In this document: in pieces, positions 49,698-62,304 of the stretch
Layout of the letters: each line of letters starts with the position of its first letter
Numbering within the stretch: the first letter of the stretch is position 1
Assembly: GCF_004010195.1 (NCBI RefSeq)
Contig: NC_057718.1
Span: 93,336,561 to 93,400,560, forward strand
Direction of reading: 5' to 3'
DNA length: 64,000 nucleotides
Origin: Chiloscyllium plagiosum
Taxonomy: Eukaryota
The notes under the pieces: generated by a model
What the model was told of the DNA's origin: nothing
Databases searched by the model: none
The model's input: only the letters and a program-made list of their open reading frames with translations
Made by a program: the position numbers and the translations under genes

Positions 49698-50284
49698 CAT
49701 AGAGTCATTGAGTCATACAGCATGGAAACAGACCCTTTGGTTTAAACAGTCCATGCCGAACATAATCCCAGACTAAGCTAGTCCCACCTGCCTGCTCCTG
49801 GCCCATATCCCTCTAAACCTTTCCTATTCATGTATTTATCCAATTGTCTTTTAAATAATGTAATTGTACTGACATCCACCACTTTATCAGGAAGTTCATT
49901 CCACACACAAACCACCCTCTGCATAAAAAATTAGCCCCTCATGTTTTTTTTTAATTCTCTCTCCTCTCACCATAAATATATGCCTACTCTTGAAATCCCC
50001 CATCCTAGGGAAAAGACAACTACTGTTAACACTAACCAAAAGAGAGAATGCTGGAAAATCTCAGCAGGTCTGGCAGCATCTGTAAGGAGAGAAAAGAGCT
50101 GACGTTTTGAGTCTAACTGATTCCAGCATCCACAGTAATTTGCTTTCATACTGTTAACTCTATCTGTACCCCTCATTATTCTGTAAACTTTTATAAGGTC
50201 GCCTCTCAACCTCTAGTGGAAGAAATCCCAGCCTATCCAGCCTTTCTTTATAACTCAAATCTTCCATACCCGGCAACATCCTGG
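49698..50284 (-). mobile_element. CR1 3' fragment with a Penelope-type insert (~50035-50150)
   Basis: Antisense CR1. The insert gagaatgctggaaaatctcagcagg is flanked by repeated tactgttaac. Confidence 0.8.
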
Positions 50285-50606
50285 TGGGCGGCACGGTGGC
50301 ACAGTGGTTAGCACTGCTGCCTCACAGCGCCAGAGACCCGGGTTCAATTCCTGCCTCAGGCGACTGACTGTGTGGAGTTTGCACGTTCTCTCCGTGTCAG
50401 CGTGGGTTTCCTCCGGGTGCTCCGGTTTCCTCCCACAGTCCAAAGATGTGCAGGGTCAGGTGAATTGGCCATACTAAATTGCCTGTAGTGTAAGGTAAGG
50501 GGTAAATGTAGGGGTATGGGTGGGTTTCGCTTCGGCGGGTCGGTGTGGACTTGTTGGGCCGAAGGGCCTGTTTCCACACTGTAATCTAATCTGTAATCTA
50601 ATCTGT
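50285..50606 (+). mobile_element. young HE1-type SINE
   Basis: Reads tgggcggcacggtggcacagtggttagcactgctgcctcacagcgccagagacccgggttcaattcc. CpGs are retained and the (taatc) tail is present. Confidence 0.95.
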
Positions 50607-50820
50607 AAACTCCACACCGACCCTTTGAAGAGTAACCCACAAGACCCATTCCCCTAACTATAGACAGTTTAGCATGGCCAATTAATCTAACCTGCACATC
50701 TTTGGACTGTGGGAGGAAACCCACGCAGACATGGGGAGAATGTGTAAACTCCACACAGACAGTCGCCCAAGGTGGGCATCGAACCTGAGTCCCGGCTGCT
50801 GTGAGGCAGCAGTGCTGCCC
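50607..50820 (-). mobile_element. HE1-type SINE, tail-to-tail with the previous copy
   Basis: Reverse-complement body. Confidence 0.85.
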
Positions 50821-52464
50821 CTTGTAGTGTATAATGTCACCACACAAGGCACCATCTCAAGTGCAAGTACTTCGAGACAGAATCTTAAGAACAAGACAGA
50901 AGGAAAGAACAAAATGTTAAAAGTTAAACATTGCAGTAATTAAAGTTTTGTATAAAGCATATGAAATAAGGTTAAAAGTTACGCATTGCCGACCTTCTTA
51001 GTTTTACACAAAAAATAAAGAAATAAAGCTGAAAGTTCAAACAATGTACTTTTTAAAAGTAAGTCTATATTTTTAATTCTTAAAATGAAATTCATATTAT
51101 TAATTTTGTGAAATTAATATGTTTACTGAAAGTACGATTTTCAAAGCCATTATTTAAACTCCAGTGCTTTATCTTGATGTGATTTCCGAAATGCCATTTT
51201 ACTGCATCAGTCAGTGCTTTATACAGTAACTATAGTAGAGTGATTAGATACCAATGGGTTGTATTTTCATCTGCACCAGATTGCAGCCCATGTTGGAAGA
51301 GAATTCTCTCTCAAGACAACCTGAATTCCCACAATGGAAACTGCAGTAATTCCACATGGAGATTCATATTGGGTCAGTGGACAGTCCTATCACTGCACAA
51401 TTGGTTTCAAAATGTGGGTCAATTATCATTATGTATCACTAGGAACTGAAGTGTTCTGCCTGAGTGTTTCTGTCGGGGACATTTCACAGATGCACATGAT
51501 GTGTGACAGAATTTGTATGAAGTGGACAGAAAAGTCTGGGCCAGGGTCTCTTCTGTAACAGTTGCTATCAAGAAATAATCTGTTCATGATCTCAAATCCT
51601 TAAGCTTGGAATGTGGATGCTCAAACAACATCAGGCATTTTTTTCATCTCATCGTTACTGGGGGCATCTGTCTCATCTGTGCAAGAGGTTGGGGATGGGA
51701 TGGATTTCCACATTTTGCTTATGGCTAAAGGGATCTTGAAATGGAGGAATCTCGTCTGATGTGGTTAATGTTATTGTGGTTTTTCAGTGTTAATATCTAT
51801 TGCCAAGCTGCCATGTCCATTGATGGTCGCGATGGCATACTTTGGTCTGGAGGTAATGTTGCCACTTCCCTCTAGTGTCTACTGGGTGAAAAAAAAGGTG
51901 TTCCTTTTGTAAATTCTACTGCAGCTCCACAAGGCATTGATGTAAACCCCATATCTGGAATACTATGTACAATTTTGATCTTCCTATTTGAAGAATACAT
52001 AACTGATCTAGAGGCAGTTTAGAGCTCATTCCTGGGGCGAAAGAGTTATCTTGTAAAGAAAGGTTGAACAGTTTAGTCCTATCCCCACTCAGATATGTCA
52101 AAGCTGTGCTGCAATATCACCAACCTTGTATCTCTTCCTTATCCATGTCCGACTTCTTTGTGATTGTTGTTCAGCTTCCTGTTTCTCTCCTCTTTTTGAC
52201 CAATTATTTCATTTGTATTTACCGCCCAGTCTCACTGCCCTTGGGTTAGTCTCCAGACAAATCAGATAGTCCTGATTCCTGCTGGAAAGCGCATGTGCAT
52301 GAATAAACATACGGAAGTCACGGATAGGTAAAGATCCACTGGCAGTGGCAGACTGGTGATGCTTCATGCAGCCAACACTCAACAGTCAAGGATCACACTG
52401 AGGTCATGGCTACTGCATGGTACAGAGGGTGTCGATTCTACCCATGGAACAATACACCACCAGA

Positions 52465-53020
52465 GAATCTTTTACACTGGAAGCAACTCCGGGCACCCCA
52501 GCATCTCAGCTGGGCCAGCAAGGGCTGCCCTGACCTCCCAATCACCACCCATTTCAATCCCCCTTCACACTCCCTTTCTGACATGACCATCCTCGACCTC
52601 CTCCATCGCCACAGCTTGGAGGACCACACATTGGAGGAACAACACCTCATCTTCTGCCCTGGCAACCCACAGTCCGAAGGACTCAACATTGAGTTCTCCA
52701 ATTTCAATAGCCTTCCTTCCCGTCCCCTGACTCCCCTCCCAGCCTTTCCCCATCCCTTCCATTCTTCTGATTGACCCTTCCTTTAGGCAACCAACCAGAT
52801 TCAATCCTCCCATCGGCCAACCAGGCTGCACCGTCTACCTGTGTTCACCTATTGCTACCTCACCACTTCACCCCTCTCAATCACCCAAAACTCTCCCTCA
52901 CAACTCTCCTTTATCTGCGGCTCCCCTCACCCCACCCCCAATTCTGAAGAAGGGTTACACCTGAAACGTTGACTTCTCCATCTCCTGAGGCCGCCTGGTT
53001 TGCTGTGTATATTCTAGCCT
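52465..53020 (+). mobile_element. Penelope GIY-YIG 3' fragment with hammerhead
   Basis: Reads PITTHFNPPSHSLSDMTIL..LEEQHLIF..GLNIEFSNF. Confidence 0.85.
52940..52974 (+). ncRNA. minimal hammerhead ribozyme motif
   Basis: AAUU-CUGAAGA-A-GGGU-UAC-ACCU-GAAA-CG-UU^GACU. Confidence 0.7.
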
Positions 53021-53589
53021 GGACACAAGGGCTGGTGATGAGTGTTGAAGTGACCTGTATGTGTTTGGGTAGTACTTTCTTGTCAGGGAAAGGATGTTAT
53101 TTCAAGTGCTTATAAACTTGGTTTTCTGCTTGTTTTGAGCCAATGTAATTCCAGAAGATTGGAATACCCATCCCGAACTTGTGAGTAGGCATCATAATGA
53201 GCTAAGCTACAATCGCACTGCAGTGCTGGTGGGTAGGTGGCATTGATGAACACAGCTCAAGACATATGGCATTGGCAAGGATGACATGGACATTTTCTTT
53301 TGCTTTTGCATCTATTTCTTTAATTTCGGCTCTTGTTTTTAATTCCAACTATTGTATTCGAAGATAGTGCCTCTATACACTTTTCTCTGTTCTCAGGTAC
53401 ACATGACAATCAAATCTAACCTAATACAATCTAAAAATCTAATCTAATTAGACGCAGGGTTGGATCGATGAGAGTAAATATGCGAACGGCATATGTGGTG
53501 CATGTACACCTGAGTTTCCTCATTATTTCAGACTCACCCCCTTGTAATGCATCTCACTGCACATTAATGCATAGGAAATTCTGAGCAGA

Positions 53590-55040
53590 TAAGGGAAGCC
53601 CTAAATGAGTTTTTTGCTTCGTTTTCACCAAGGAAAGGGAACTTGTTGTAAATGAAAACTTAGAGGAACTGGGATACAGTCTTGACCAGATCAAGATTGA
53701 TGAAGATGATGTGCTAGAAAGTTTGGAAAACATTAAGATTGATAAGTCCCCAGGGCCAGACCAGATTTATCCTAGGTTGCTCCGGGAAGCAAGAAAGGAG
53801 GTTGCTAAGCCACTGGCGAGGATATTTGCCTCCTCACTCTCCATGGGAGTCGTACCAGAGGATTGGAAGGAGGCGAATGTTGTTCCACTTTTAAAGAAGG
53901 GTAATAGGGAAATCCCTGGCAATTACAGACCAGTCAGTCTCATATCTGTGGTCAGAAAAGTTGTGGAAAGAATTCTGAGGGATAAGATTTATGACTATTT
54001 GGCAAAGCATAGTGTTTAAAGGCAATCAGCATGGCTTTGTGAGGGGCAGGTCATGCCTCACAAATCTTATTGAGATCTTTGAGGAGGTGTCAAGACAGGT
54101 CGATGACGGTCGAGTAGTGGATGTGGTGTATATGGATTTCAGCAAGGCATTTGATAGGGTTCCCCATGGTAGGCTCATTCATAAAGTCAGGAAGTATGGG
54201 ATACAGGGAGATTTGGCTATCTGGATTCAGAATTGGNNNNNNNNNNNNNNNNNNNNNNNNNNNNNNNNNNNNNNNNNNNNNNNNNNNNNNNNNNNNNNNN
54301 NNNNNNNNNNNNNNNNNNNNNNNNNNNNNNNNNNNNNNNNNNNNNNNNNNNNNNNNNNNNNNNNNNNNNNNNNNNNNNNNNNNNNNNNNNNNNNNNNNNN
54401 NNNNNNNNNNNNNNNNNNNNNNNNNNNNNNNNNNNNNNNNNNNNNNNNNNNNNNNNNNNNNNNNNNNNNNNNNNNNNNNNNNNNNNNNNNNNNNNNNNNN
54501 NNNNNNNNNNNNNNNNNNNNNNNNNNNNNNNNNNNNNNNNNNNNNNNNNNNNNNNNNNNCCCTACTATAGGAAAGATACAGAGGCTTTGGAGAGGGTGCA
54601 AAGAAGGTTTACCAGGATGCTGCCTGGACTGGAGGGCTTGCCTTATGAACAAAGGCTGAATGAGCTCAGACTTTTCTCTCTGGAGAGAAGGAGGAAGAGA
54701 GGAGACCTGATCGAGGTGTACAAAATAATGAGTGGAATAGATAGAGTCAATAGCCAGAGACTTTTCCCCAGGGCAGTATTGACTGGTATGAGAAGTCATA
54801 GTTTAAAGATATTAGGAGGAAGGTATAAAGGAGACGTCAGAGGTAAATTCTTTACGCAGAGAGTTGTGAATGTATGGAATGCGTTGCCAACTGAGGTGGT
54901 GGAAGCGAAGTCATTTAAGCAACGGCTGGACGTGCACATGGATAGCAATGAGTTGTGGGGTTCATAGGTTAAGTTGCTATATTTTACATTAGGATTAAGT
55001 CTTGGCACAACATCGTGGGCCTAAGCGCCTGTTCTGTGCT
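53590..55040 (+). mobile_element. young 5'-truncated CR1 LINE (RT)
   Basis: Reads [41 protein letters not shown], with a ttctatgttctatg tail. Confidence 0.92.
54237..54559. other. assembly gap
   Basis: N run. Confidence 1.
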
Positions 55041-55747
55041 GTACGTTTCTATGTTCTATGAAATTACACCCTGATGTGCCTAAGATGCAGTGAGGGTCAT
55101 TAGATAGTTAGCAACTATAATTGCCATGCTTGATGGAGTACATGGTGCTCCACCTTTTCTTTGGGTGCTCATTGTTTACACAAAATTCCACCTGTTTTTC
55201 CTCATTTTTATATCTTGGTGAACATTAATGAGATTGCAAGGAAATGCAGTGGATAATGAAAGGGAAAAATGAAAGCATAGACAGATTTAACTCCAAGAAT
55301 ATTATATTCTATCACAAGGTTATTTGACTATGATGCGGAGTCGATGCGGAGTGCAAAGTGATGTTTACATTACTTTTTTTTTTGTTCATCCATTCTTTCT
55401 TTCTCCGCTAAAAGTTTTGTTGTATTTAAATAAAACACATATTGGTAAAAAGCAATAAAGAAAGTCCTCCAGTCTTCCTTTTCACAACATGGGGTGGGAA
55501 AGCGAAAAAGGAGTTTTGCACATGGACTATACTTTGTCTATCCACTATAATAGCGAATGTGGACAGTTTTCAGATGCTGATCTTAAACAGAGGTTGAAGC
55601 TTTTGCAACTATGGAAGGTAAAAGGATTTTTCTTGATAAAAAGGTACAGTTCACGGTCACCAGAGGAGGTGGGTATTGCGGAGGCAAATAGCAGACCCTA
55701 AGGGCACTGTTGTAGAAGGTTAATACTCTGAAAGAGTTAATTTTTAA

Positions 55748-56760
55748 ACATTCATTCATGGGATGTGGGCATTGCTAGTCAGGCCAGCATCTATTGCCTC
55801 TTCCTTTTGCCCTTGAGGAGGTGATGGTGAGCTTCCTTCTGCAGTTAGGTGTGTAAGGTATACCCACAGCTGCTGTTAGAAAGGGAATTCCCGGCTTTCG
55901 ACTCAATTACAGTGAATGTTCCCACGTATTTGCTGCTCCTGTCCTTTTGGGTGGTAGAGGTTGCAAGGTTAGGAAGTGCTGTTAAGGTAGCCTTGGTAAT
56001 TTATTGCAGTGCGTCTTGTAAATAGTACTGTGAAACAGTGGGGTCCCTCCTACTGCTATTGTCATGGACAGATGCACCTATGACAGATTAATTGGTGAAG
56101 AGAAAGTGAGGACTGCAGAAGCTGGAGGTCAGAGACGAGAGTTAGGCTCATTCCTAATGAAGGGCTTTTGCTCGAAACATCGATGGTCCTGCTCCACGGA
56201 TGCTGTCTGACCTGCTGTGTTTTCCCAGCATCACACTCTCAACCGAGATTAATTGGTGAGAACAGGCCAACTAAGTATTTTCCTCTTCGTTGTCTCACCA
56301 CTTGCCACAAACTCAGCCTAGTAGTTATACCCTTTATGACCAGTCCAGTAATGGTGCAACTAATCCACTCCTGGTCATAGACATTAAATATCCTAACCAG
56401 ATACATCATGCTATTGCCACCATCAGAGCTTCCTCCAAGTAGTTCTCAATACTGGGTGAGTATTGGTACATCAGCTGTGGCAGGATGCTATCCGTGTCCA
56501 TGTTTGACTCGATGTCATGAGGCTTCATGGGATCTGAAATCAATGTTGCAGACCTTCAGGCTAACCTCTATCTGACTGCTCTGCTAATGGAACATAGGAT
56601 ACCCGGGGCTGGTGATGGAGGTATCTGGAATATTGTCCGTAAGGTGTGATATTGTGAGAAGGGCTACGTCAGGGATGTAGGATGACTAGTCTGTGAGTTG
56701 CTTTCCCCATTTTGGTACAAGCCCCGAGAGGTTGCCAAGCCAGGTCAGCAAGTTGGGCGC
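55748..56760 (-). mobile_element. fragments of the LINE partnering SINE family 2 (3' end plus internal piece)
   Basis: The 3' end reads AHHHLLKG on the minus strand. The internal part is paralogous to 34200-34800. Confidence 0.7.
56099..56245. mobile_element. short fold-back Penelope element, exact 14-bp TSD
   Basis: TSD agattaattggtga at 56085-56098 and 56246-56259. Core CUAAUGA-A-GGGC-UUUU-GCUC-GAAA. Confidence 0.85.
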
Positions 56761-57411
56761 ACCGTTGTCATTTCCGATGTTTATGTTGAAGTCTGCAAAA
56801 ATCTCTGCACAATGTAAAGATGTCATGCTGGTTTGGGTGGAGATAAGGCAGAATATCTTTGAATCTCATGGAGTGTAGACCTATATCTCCAGGTCTTCTC
56901 ATAGTCTTGGAAACAATGTCTAATGGACTAACATAACTTGTACTTAATGGTTATCATGCATTTTCTTAAGAATGGTAGTAGTGGATTCTCTACGACTGTA
57001 ACTAATTCGACCTCCATACCCGGTCAAAGGAAGGAGAATTGGTGGCAGCTCCTTTATACTCACAAACATTGCAGGTGCCTCAAAATGGAGGTACTCACAT
57101 AAGCTGGTTCATGGGATGAGCAGAGCAGAGGAGACAGACAGTGCATGCCTGAGGCTGCAACCTTTGCTCTTCTGGGATGTATTCATGGGGCCAGGCTCTG
57201 ATGGTGATCTTGTCTGTGGCCAAGGGCTCCTCTCTGAGCTGCTGTTATCATGGAATGCTGAGGGAGCTGGGTGCTGCTCATTCACAGATGCTCACTGCAA
57301 CTGGTGCCCACCTAGTCTCTTCAATGGCCCACCACTGCTGGGTATGAAGCAACTGCCATGTTGACCCTTCCTGCATCAAGGTTTCTTGGAGCTGGGAACT
57401 CAACAAGGAGA

Positions 57412-57932
57412 TAGAACATAGAACATTGAACAATACAGTGCAGGACAGGCCCTTCGGCCCTCGATGTTGCGCCAACCTGTGAACTATTCTCAGCTCGTCC
57501 CCTTACACTATCTCTAAATCATTCATGTGCTTATCTAAGGATTGTTTAAATCTCCCTAATGTGGCTGAGTTAACTACATTAGCAGGTAGGGCATTCCATG
57601 CCCTTACCACTCTCTACATAAAGAACATGCCTCTGACATCTGTCTTAAGTCTATCACCCCTCAATTTGTAGTTATGCCCTCTTGTACAAGCTGACGTCAT
57701 CATCCTAGGAAAAATTATTTCACTGTCTATCCTATCTAATCCTTTGATCATCTTGTATGTCTCTATCAAATCCCCCCTTAGCCTTCTTCTTTCCAATGAG
57801 AACAGACCCGTCTCTCAGCCTTTCCTCATAAGACCTTCCCTCCAGACCAGGCAAGGTCCTGGTAAATCTCCTCTGCACCTTTTACAATGCTTCCACATCC
57901 TTCCTGTAATGGAGCGACCAGAACTGTACACA
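57412..57932 (-). mobile_element. CR1 LINE 3' fragment
   Basis: Minus frame ERRRLRGDLIETYKMIKG..TRGHNYKL, with an atagaacatagaac tail. Confidence 0.9.
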
Positions 57933-58494
57933 ATAACATTCGAGTCCTTTCTTCATGAACAGCTGCAAACTATAGTGAGCAGTTTACTTGAGCAAGCTTA
58001 GAGTATTGATCAGTCACTTCACAGGACTGGTAATTGTCACAGGACACAGTCATTGGCAACACACAGTTCTCCTCACTCGCCATTACTCTTGCTGATCATC
58101 TTACGTACATGTCCTCTGGTTACTGTCCTGCCACCGAAAACAGTTCTGCTTCACGTCAAAGAGTTCAAGAGGCTTTGTTGAGCTAAATCCTTCACATGCA
58201 ATTCTTTGTTGGTTATACCCATTTATTACTCATCTGCAATAGCTCTTCAGAAGGCACAGGGCAGGCCTTAATGAGGTTACACTGTATCAAGGACCGGTTT
58301 AGAGTTGGATATGGGATGGAATCGTGGAGAGGCCTATGAGCCAATGCAGAAGATTCAAAGGTTCCAGCTCCAAATCTAGCTCTGTCGGATTGGGAAGATT
58401 CTATTGAAAGTCTACAGTATATGAGATATTGGTTATATTGCCTAACTTTCACAATAATGAAATTAATTCACATACACAAATCATAGTGTGCAAG

Positions 58495-58822
58495 TGTACA
58501 GTATGCAAACAGGCCATTTAGCCCATTGAGTTCACACCAACCCTCCAAAGAGCATCCCACCAAGACCCACTTCTGCCTATCCTTGTAACTCTGTGTTTCC
58601 CATGGCTAATCCACCTAGCCTGCCCATCTCTGGACTCTATGGGCAATTTAACATGGCCAATGCATCAAACCTGCACATCATTGGACTGTGGGAGGAAACC
58701 AGAGTGCCCGGAGGAAACTCACGCAGACACGGGGAGAACGTACAAACGCTACACAGACTGTTGTCTAAGGTTGGAATTGAACTTGGGACTCTGACAGCAG
58801 TGCTAACCACTGAGCCACCATG
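58495..58822 (-). mobile_element. HE1-type SINE
   Basis: Reverse-complement body. Confidence 0.85.
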
Positions 58823-60029
58823 TGGAGATCTCATGCTGAAAATAAACAATGTTGTATGTTGCTCCTAATCCCAAAGGCAAGTTTGTAGAGTTTATTTGTT
58901 CAGTTGCTTTGAGTTAATTATGGGAACCTGGTAACGAGGCCATGCTCACTGTGCTTGATTGGTTAGGTCTGAATGTGGACTCTGAGCAATGAAAGCCAAT
59001 AGCACAGAAGCTATTGGAAGATGCTGCTGGGATAAGCATGAATGCAGACATTTGGTGATTGTAAAGAAATATTAAAACTTTTGAAGATAAACCTGCTGCA
59101 AATCTGTAAACTAGTGTCATCCCTGCATTGTTCTAAGATAAAAATAAATGCAAAAAAGAAATCTCAAAGAAATCACTGCATTGGTTAATTATTTATTAAT
59201 CAACATTAATACAGGGCAAGCCTACGCTATGAAGGGGAAGGTGGAAAAGTTAATATATAACTACATTTGTATGCAGTATAACTACCGCATTCCTGTTTTG
59301 GTCATTGTTGCTTTTTACATTGTTTGTCATTTATTCCTTGATCTAAAAATACAGATTAAGACACTTTATACAATCTCTTTCCTGTATCTGTTTTACATTA
59401 CACTCAAGGATACGCCACGACTGTGAGGTTAACACTCTTCTCCTTTCATCATCTCTGCCAGTTTCCCATCTCCTCCGACAATCAGAACAACTTCCAAGTT
59501 AATTTTTATTTGTTTTAGCTCCTGTCCTATTCAGTCTTAACGACCATTGTACAATGCAGCTTTCAAATAGGCTCTGTTAATGTGAAAACAAACTTATTCT
59601 AAGTTGAGAGCATAATTGAACTCAAGAATATATTTTCACGTCAAATACATTAGCAGGTAGGGCATTCCATGCCCTTACCACTCCAGGGATTGCCTGGAGT
59701 GAGTCTCAAAATAAATGCTTAGAAAACACAGTCTGCAGAGCTCCATTACTACACAGATAAGATGGCTCTAATAAAGTGGTTATTTGGTGCTCTCATAGTT
59801 AACAAATTACATTGCTATTGCGCCTCGGACAGCAACAATATCTTGTCTTCATGTAACCTCTTTGATGAAATAAAAGGCAGTTCGAAGAGCATTAAAAAGC
59901 ATATGTGGACACATTCAGAGCCACACAAGAACGGTAACCAAAAGCTGTGTCCATTTCTTGCATAACTCGCTTTCTGCTAGAACCAGGTATTTTGAATAAA
60001 TTCATTGCCATCAGTCCTTTCTGCTACTT

Positions 60030-60640
60030 GCTTTTATTGGTCAGAGCATTGAGTATAGGAGTTGGGAGGTAATGTTGCGGCTGTACAGGAATTGGTTAGG
60101 CCACTTTTGGAATACTGCATTCAATTCTGGTCCCTGCTATAGGTCAGATGTTGTGAAACTTGAAAGGCTGCAGAAAACATTTACAAGGATGTTGCCAGGG
60201 TTTGAGGGTTTGAGTTATAGGGGGAGGTTGAATAGGCTGGGGTAACTTTCCCCTTAGTGTCAGAAGCTGATAGGTAACCTTACAGGGGTTTGTAAAATCA
60301 TGAGGGATATGGATAGGATGATCAGCCAAGGCCTTTTCCCCCCAGGGTAGGGGAGTCCAAAATTAGAGGGCATAGGTTGAAGATGAGAGGGGAAAGTTTA
60401 AAAGGGACCTAAGGGGCAATTTTTTCACCCAGTGAGTGGTGCATGTATAGAATGAGCTGCCATAGGTAGTGGTGGAGGTTGGTACAATTTAAAATATATC
60501 AGGATGGGTATATGAGTAGGAAGTGTTTAGAAGGATATGAGCCAAATGCTGGCAAATGGGACTACATTAATTTAGGATACTGGTTGGCATGGAGGAGTTG
60601 GAGAGAAGGGTCTGTTTCCATGCTGTACATCTCAATGATT
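60030..60640 (+). mobile_element. CR1 LINE 3' fragment
   Basis: Reads LVRPLLEYCIQFWS, followed by the 3'UTR. Confidence 0.85.
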
Positions 60641-61379
60641 TTGTGGTCGCAGTCTAAGCTACTGATACTCTGTGGAGGAGAATGGCAGCATAAATTCTTC
60701 TACAGAAGTTATATCAATTTTGATGAACAGAAAAAAGCTCTATTACATTTTACTTAGTAGTTAGTTACATTAAATCAGAGATGCACCATGTCTCTTGTGA
60801 GACTCTTTGGTTCAATTTAAGATTGAGTACAGATTACCATATGCATTACGTCCTGTTAACACGAATACAAATCATTGAAATGTTATACATTCTTTGGCAA
60901 AGACATGGAGAGCTCACAGGACACAGAACTCTTGTTATCTCCAGCATCAGACCTTAATATCTTGTGGGGCAGAGCTAATCCTGTGATGTCAGTTAACTCT
61001 TTCAGGTGCTAACCACTTTAGATAACAGATTTTACAGAATGTTTACGTGAGAGAAAGAGAGGGAGAGAGTTGGCAAAAGTTTAACAAGGGAATTTGAACT
61101 CATGACCACCAGACTTAAGTGACCAAAATGAGTGATTGATTAGGGTGAGCCCGTAGTGTTGATTCGCAAGAAGATGATGCAAATTTAACAGAGAAAAATG
61201 TCCCAACACGCTTGACAGAATTTTTTTTCCCCAGAGAGAAATTAAGACTGAGCCAAAGAAGGAAATATATTGGGCAGCTGAGTGCTTGTGCAAGCAGTTG
61301 AAACATTTCCACTGGAATTCTTTTCATTCCCGTCATTGTAATCTTCATGTCAGATTGAAACCGTTGTCGCACGAGCAAT

Positions 61380-62041
61380 TTTGGATGTAGGTTGTTCACT
61401 GAGCTTGGAGGTTCATTTCCAGACGTTTTGTTACCTTACTAGGTAAGATCTTCAGTGGGCCTCATGTGAAGCAATGCTGAAAATTCCTGCTTTCTATTTA
61501 TATATTTGGGTTTCTTTGGGTTGGTGATGTCATTTCCTGTGGTGATATTATTTTCTGTGGTGAAGTCACTTCCTGTTCCATTTCTCAGGGGGTGGTCAAT
61601 GGGGTCTAACTCGATGTGTTTATTGATGGAGTTCCGGTTGGAATACCATGCTTCTAGGAATTCTCGTGCTTGTCTTTGTTTGGATCCATCCTAGGAAAAG
61701 CCAAACAAAGACATACATGAGAATTCCTAGAAGCATGGCATTCCAACTGGAACTCTATCAACAAACACACCAAGTTAGACCCCATCTACCACACCCTGAG
61801 AAAAGGAACAGGAAGTGACTTCACCACAGGAAATAACATCACCACAGGAAATGACATCACCAACCCAAAGAAACCCAAACATATAAATAGAAAGCAGGAA
61901 TTTTCAGTATCGCTTCGCATGAGGCCCACTGAAGATGTTGCCTAATAAGGTAATGAAAGGTCTGGAAATGAACCTTCAAGCTCAGCAAGGAAACCTACAT
62001 CCAAAACCTCAATCTGAGCTACAAATCTCAAAACCCGCTAA
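61380..62041. mobile_element. large fold-back Penelope element (two ~310-bp inverted arms plus tail), 11-bp TSD
   Basis: The arms are inverted about ~61690 and belong to the same family as 314-1090. TSD gca(c/t)gagcaat at 61369-61379 and 62042-62052. Confidence 0.92.
61926..61965 (+). ncRNA. minimal hammerhead ribozyme motif (mirror copy on the minus strand at 61419-61458)
   Basis: CCA-CUGAAGA-U-GUUGCC-UAAUAA-GGUAAU-GAAA-GG-UC^UGG. The mirror copy has GAAA mutated to AAAA. Confidence 0.75.
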
Positions 62042-62304
62042 GCATGAGCAATGAAAACATTCTTCTTATGGTTGTTTCAGATCGCCTGATGATATAGAAC
62101 ACCTTCTCCAGGCCACCAGCACTTTGCATCACTACCTTTCGAATCCACTTCAAATGTATTGATGATTTTGTGATGGTATTATGTGAACGTCTGCAATTTT
62201 CTCTACTGACGAAAATGCCCTGCGTCAGATTTCCTTGGTATATCAAGGGAGAAATGATTGATTCGCTCTCTCCATTATGGATGGAATTATCCTTGACTGA
62301 GGAC

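Noticed and set aside
50285..50355. tRNA gene
   Set aside because: The A/B boxes belong to the HE1 SINE head, which continues into the SINE body with no poly-T terminator.
53460..53520. Small hairpin atatgc-gaacg-gcatat as a C/D snoRNA
   Set aside because: The C box is non-canonical and there is no terminal stem.
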